Shown: one piece after another, positions 18,341-22,259 of the stretch
Numbering within the stretch: position 1 is the stretch's first letter
How the letters are laid out: each line of letters begins with the position of its first letter
Source of the DNA: Octopus sinensis
Lineage: Eukaryota
Direction: 5' to 3'
NCBI RefSeq assembly: GCF_006345805.1
Contig: NW_021836982.1
Span: 1 to 22,259, forward strand
DNA: 22,259 nt
Made by a program: the position numbers and the translations under genes
Notes under the pieces: model-generated
What the model saw: only the letters and a program-made list of their open reading frames with translations
What the model was told of the DNA's origin: nothing
Databases searched by the model: none

Positions 18341-19084
18341 GCTACTTACGGATAATTAGCTATATAGATGTGTGTATGTGCATGTAATAATATATTGTGA
18401 TGAAATGTGTATTACGCACAACCAAATATCTACCATTAACAACTTCCTGCGTATTCTTGTATATTCAAATGGAAACTATGAGGAAGACGTCTATTTGGGG
18501 TCCTATTTCCCTTTCGTTAGGATCTAAGACTTTATGAACAATTTCCTGTTTTGCTCCATTTCCGATATATAGTGTAAATATGGGTGCATATGTGTGTGAG
18601 AGCGAAAGAGAGTGTATGTGTATGTGTGTGTATGTGTGTCCGTTCATGTAACCTTAGTATAATAAAGAGAATTAACAGAGAATTCAAAGAATTTTCTAAT
18701 TTTTATATTCGAGTTTAGAAAAACAAGGAATACAAACAGCCTAAGGAAAATATGTCAGGTTATACAGAGAAATAATAGGCACACATATTCCATAAACTTA
18801 TAATCGGCGGTAAAAACGATTTGTTTCTTGTAAAAACAAAGAAAAAAACGAAAAAATTGTGCACCCGTAAATATGTCAAAACTTTATCAGCTTAGAATGG
18901 TAATTAAACACAACGTTATTGAATTGAATATTAAACGGTTATTATAAGCATTGGAGTGAGATTAAAACTAAATATTAGAATTTTAGGTTTTGTGTTGCTT
19001 ACCGAGTCCGCACGAAATAGCGAACAACTCGGTTATGGTTGTTGCATGCAATAATTATAGCAGAAGATATTGGTATTCGTGACC

Positions 19085-19320
19085 GTGTGTGTTTGTGTGT
19101 ATGATTGTCTGTGTATGTGTATGTGTGTGTATGTGTGTGTGTTTGTACTTGTTTATGCATTTGTGTGTGTATGTGTGTGTGTTTGCATGTGTGTGTTTGT
19201 ATGTATGTGTTTCTGTTTGTGTATACGTGTGTGATTGTGTGGTGTGCTTGTGTGTGTACCTGTGTGTTTCTTTGTGTGTATGTATGTATGTGTGCCTGTG
19301 TGTGTGTGTGTATAGTTATT
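19085..19320. repeat. Degenerate (TG)n tract
   Basis: Direct reading. Confidence 0.9.
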
Positions 19321-19663
19321 GTGCCCAACGTATTTTGCGATGTATCAGGCAAGTTTTTAGCATAAAAATATATTTTGATTTATTTACATTTTGATAGAAG
19401 TGCAAATATACACATATATAAGCATATACGTACATATATAAGAATAAACACAAAAACTCATACAAACATACATGCGTACATCTCGTATTCGCTTAGCCAT
19501 GTTTGTGGCACACACGAACATGTAGGAGTTTACGTGTACGAATGGGTTTGTGAGTTTAGTTCCAACTTCAAAGATATGGTCATTGAGAAAAATATTTACA
19601 CATTTATGTAAATATAGATGTGCATATGTTGTACATTAATTTGTATTAAATAAATATATACAT

Positions 19664-19829
19664 AGGCGCAGGTGTGGCTGTGTGGTAAGAAACTTGCTTC
19701 CCAGCCACACGGTTCCGGGTTCAGTCCTACTTCGTGGTATCTTGGGCAAGTGTCTTCTACTATAGCTTCGGGCCGACCAAAACCTTGTGAGGGGATTTGG
19801 TAGACGGAAAACGGAAAGAAGCGCGTCGT

Positions 19830-19830
<1 letters not shown>
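19664..19830 (+). mobile_element. tRNA-derived SINE family C (head and body)
   Basis: A-box-like TGGCTGTGTGGT and B-box-like GGTTCAGTCC; CTTGGGCAAGTGTCTTC segment; ends GTAGACGGAAAACGGAAAGAAGCGCGTCGTA followed by (TA)n. Confidence 0.88.
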
Positions 19831-20350
<520 letters not shown>

Positions 20351-20464
20351 ATGCGTGAACCGATGACATTTCAAATCAACTGACTGACGGATGCGCCACC
20401 GATTCCGCTGTGTATTAGCTAACATTGACAGCTCATGTATTTCGTGTCTGAAATGGTTGATGTC

Positions 20465-20610
20465 ACTACAGTATGGAGTAGATGTTTTGAATACTCCGAA
20501 ATTCTTTGTTGGTAAACAATGAAATAAAAATCACTTTCCACAAGAGAATCCTGAAAGAAAATGGTTTTCCTGGATTACTAAATGAGGCATCAATGCTTAG
20601 AAATATCTAG
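20465..20610 (+). mobile_element. Possible decayed Penelope-like RT C-terminal fragment
   Basis: TVWSRCFEYS, then in another frame NEIKITFHKRILKENGFPGLL (20518-20580); cf. the PLE pattern L..RC..ICS…E…L..IL..NGYP. Short and weak. Confidence 0.35.
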
Positions 20611-20869
20611 GAATAAATACTTCCAAGTTTTTACATTCTATCTTTGCGACAAAACGCGGCAACAATGCGCTGTCATTTTCATTCATTTCATTTAGAAGAT
20701 AAATACGGAGAAGGTCTTGGTATTTTAATGGACATCGGAAGGTTATTGTTCCAATCTGAACGTAAAGAACGAAGAAGCTAAAATATGAAAAGTCTTGAAT
20801 AAACAAGATTAAACTCGAACGCAGTTATATCTTCAATACAAAGTGTGTTCAAAGGAAAGGCTGTTCCAG

Positions 20870-21040
20870 CGCGTGTATGTGCGTGTGTGTTTTCCTTTGC
20901 GTGTGCAAGCGTATTTCTGTATATGATAATATATATATATGCATGGGTGTGTGTGCGTGAGTGTGTGGATGTTTACCTATGTATATATGTATATACATGC
21001 TTATGTGTATGGAGGTGTGTTTGTGTGTATGTATATATAT
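20870..21040. repeat. Degenerate (TG)n/(TA)n tract
   Basis: Direct reading. Confidence 0.85.
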
Positions 21041-21048
21041 ACATCGTA

Positions 21049-21166
21049 GCACTCCATCGGTTACGACGATGAAGGTTCCAGTTGATCCAATCAACGTACC
21101 ACGCAGTGGGACCGAACCCGGACCCATGTGGCAGGGAAGGAAGCTTCTTACCTCACAGCCACGCCT
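21049..21166 (-). mobile_element. Chimeric short SINE: family C tRNA head fused to family B 3' end
   Basis: The reverse complement of 21097-21166 matches 19668-19739. The reverse complement of 21049-21096 matches 9626-9678. Confidence 0.85.
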
Positions 21167-21474
21167 ACTTTCTTATCTCTTCTTATCTTGCTTCTTAATT
21201 AATTACCTTCTCCTTCAAGGAGTCCATCAACCTTATCAATATCACAGTTTCGAGTGGGGAGGGCCTACGACCTTCACGGTTGTTGTTTGCTGTTCTCAGA
21301 CCTTCGGTGTAACCTTATCATAAGAACGTAACTGAATACGGCGTGTAAGGCTTTTGGCAGCCAGGCTCAAAGATCGAATCAGCCAGTCACAGCTTCCCGT
21401 AGAGAATGCTGCCAAAACTAACGAGACTTTAATGAAGACGAGACGCCTCTACCCGATCTTTCATGCTTGCTGCT

Positions 21475-22194
21475 TACACACACGTACATATACTCATACA
21501 CACACATACAGAGGCATACAAGCATACACCAACGCAGACACACACGAGCGCATACATGTATCAACACAAATAAGACACGAATACAGAATAAAAGATATAC
21601 ATACACAGATATTTACGTGCGCATAATCACACATATAAACACACACACACGCACACTCACATTTGCATGCACAAATACATACGTACAAATAATTTCCCAT
21701 GCACACACATTCACACTCACGCACATGTATGGAAAGATATACACACACACTCACACATACTCATATAAACACCAAGTATTCACGCACACACACGCGCATC
21801 TTCGTGAGTACTCACTCTCAAATACACACACAAATACATACAGACACACACACACCACATTTTCACCGAGAAAACTATGCACAAACACACACACACACAC
21901 ATACACACACACACATTCAGGCAAACATTTTCGCATACTTTCTCTCACACACGCGCACACTCACAGACACGTAAACACACACCACACACACGCATTCAAG
22001 CTTAGTCACAAACACCTTTGTAAATACACCTTGTAACTACTTTTCATACACGCACGCACACACGCATACACGCACGGGCATACACACACACGTGCACAAT
22101 TTTAAATACGCACCTTGACACACACTTACACACACACACACACTCTCTCATACAAACAAACTCATTCACAATCACAACAAACAACACCATATGG

Positions 22195-22240
<46 letters not shown>

Positions 22241-22255
22241 CACACACACACATCC
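21475..22255. repeat. Long degenerate (CA)n tract ending in (AT)n
   Basis: Direct reading. Explains the THTH-rich ORFs. Confidence 0.9.
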
Positions 22256-22259
22256 AGTG

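Noticed and set aside
19001-19030. Minus-strand donor CG|GTAAGC
   Set aside because: No suitable upstream acceptor; the upstream sequence is a (CA)n tract.
21205-21320. Minus-strand donor AAG|GTAATT with short open frames
   Set aside because: Only weak acceptors are available and longer candidate exons contain stops in all frames.
21352-21417. 10-bp inverted repeat TTTTGGCAGC/GCTGCCAAAA as a pre-miRNA
   Set aside because: Pairing does not extend inward, and the 46-nt loop is incompatible with a miRNA hairpin.

Overview
Very AT-rich, microsatellite-dense animal genomic DNA that looks intronic or intergenic. It is most likely from an octopus: I recognise the SINE, RTE, R4/Dong and mariner sequences as typical octopus repeats, from memory rather than a search. 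No gene can be named with confidence, and nearly all long ORFs in the supplied track are translated simple repeats. Supported content: about a dozen tRNA-SINE copies or fragments from at least three families, two RTE-clade LINE relics, an R4/Dong-like LINE 3' end with a (TAA)n tail, a Tc1/mariner MITE, a mariner transposase 3' end with its terminal inverted repeat (TIR), and probable Penelope-like relics. The two strongest unexplained signals are (1) a nearly complete minimal type I hammerhead ribozyme motif at 4266-4331 (+), with core CUGAUGA...GAAA, a GUC cleavage triplet and three stems, in a Penelope-like terminal context, and (2) a 149-bp near-perfect palindrome at 13557-13705 (72/73 bp paired, 3-nt loop) with nested sub-hairpins. 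Weaker signals are a phase-compatible chain of four candidate minus-strand exons including a 14-nt microexon, a SINE nested in a SINE at an internal hairpin, and a chimeric SINE.
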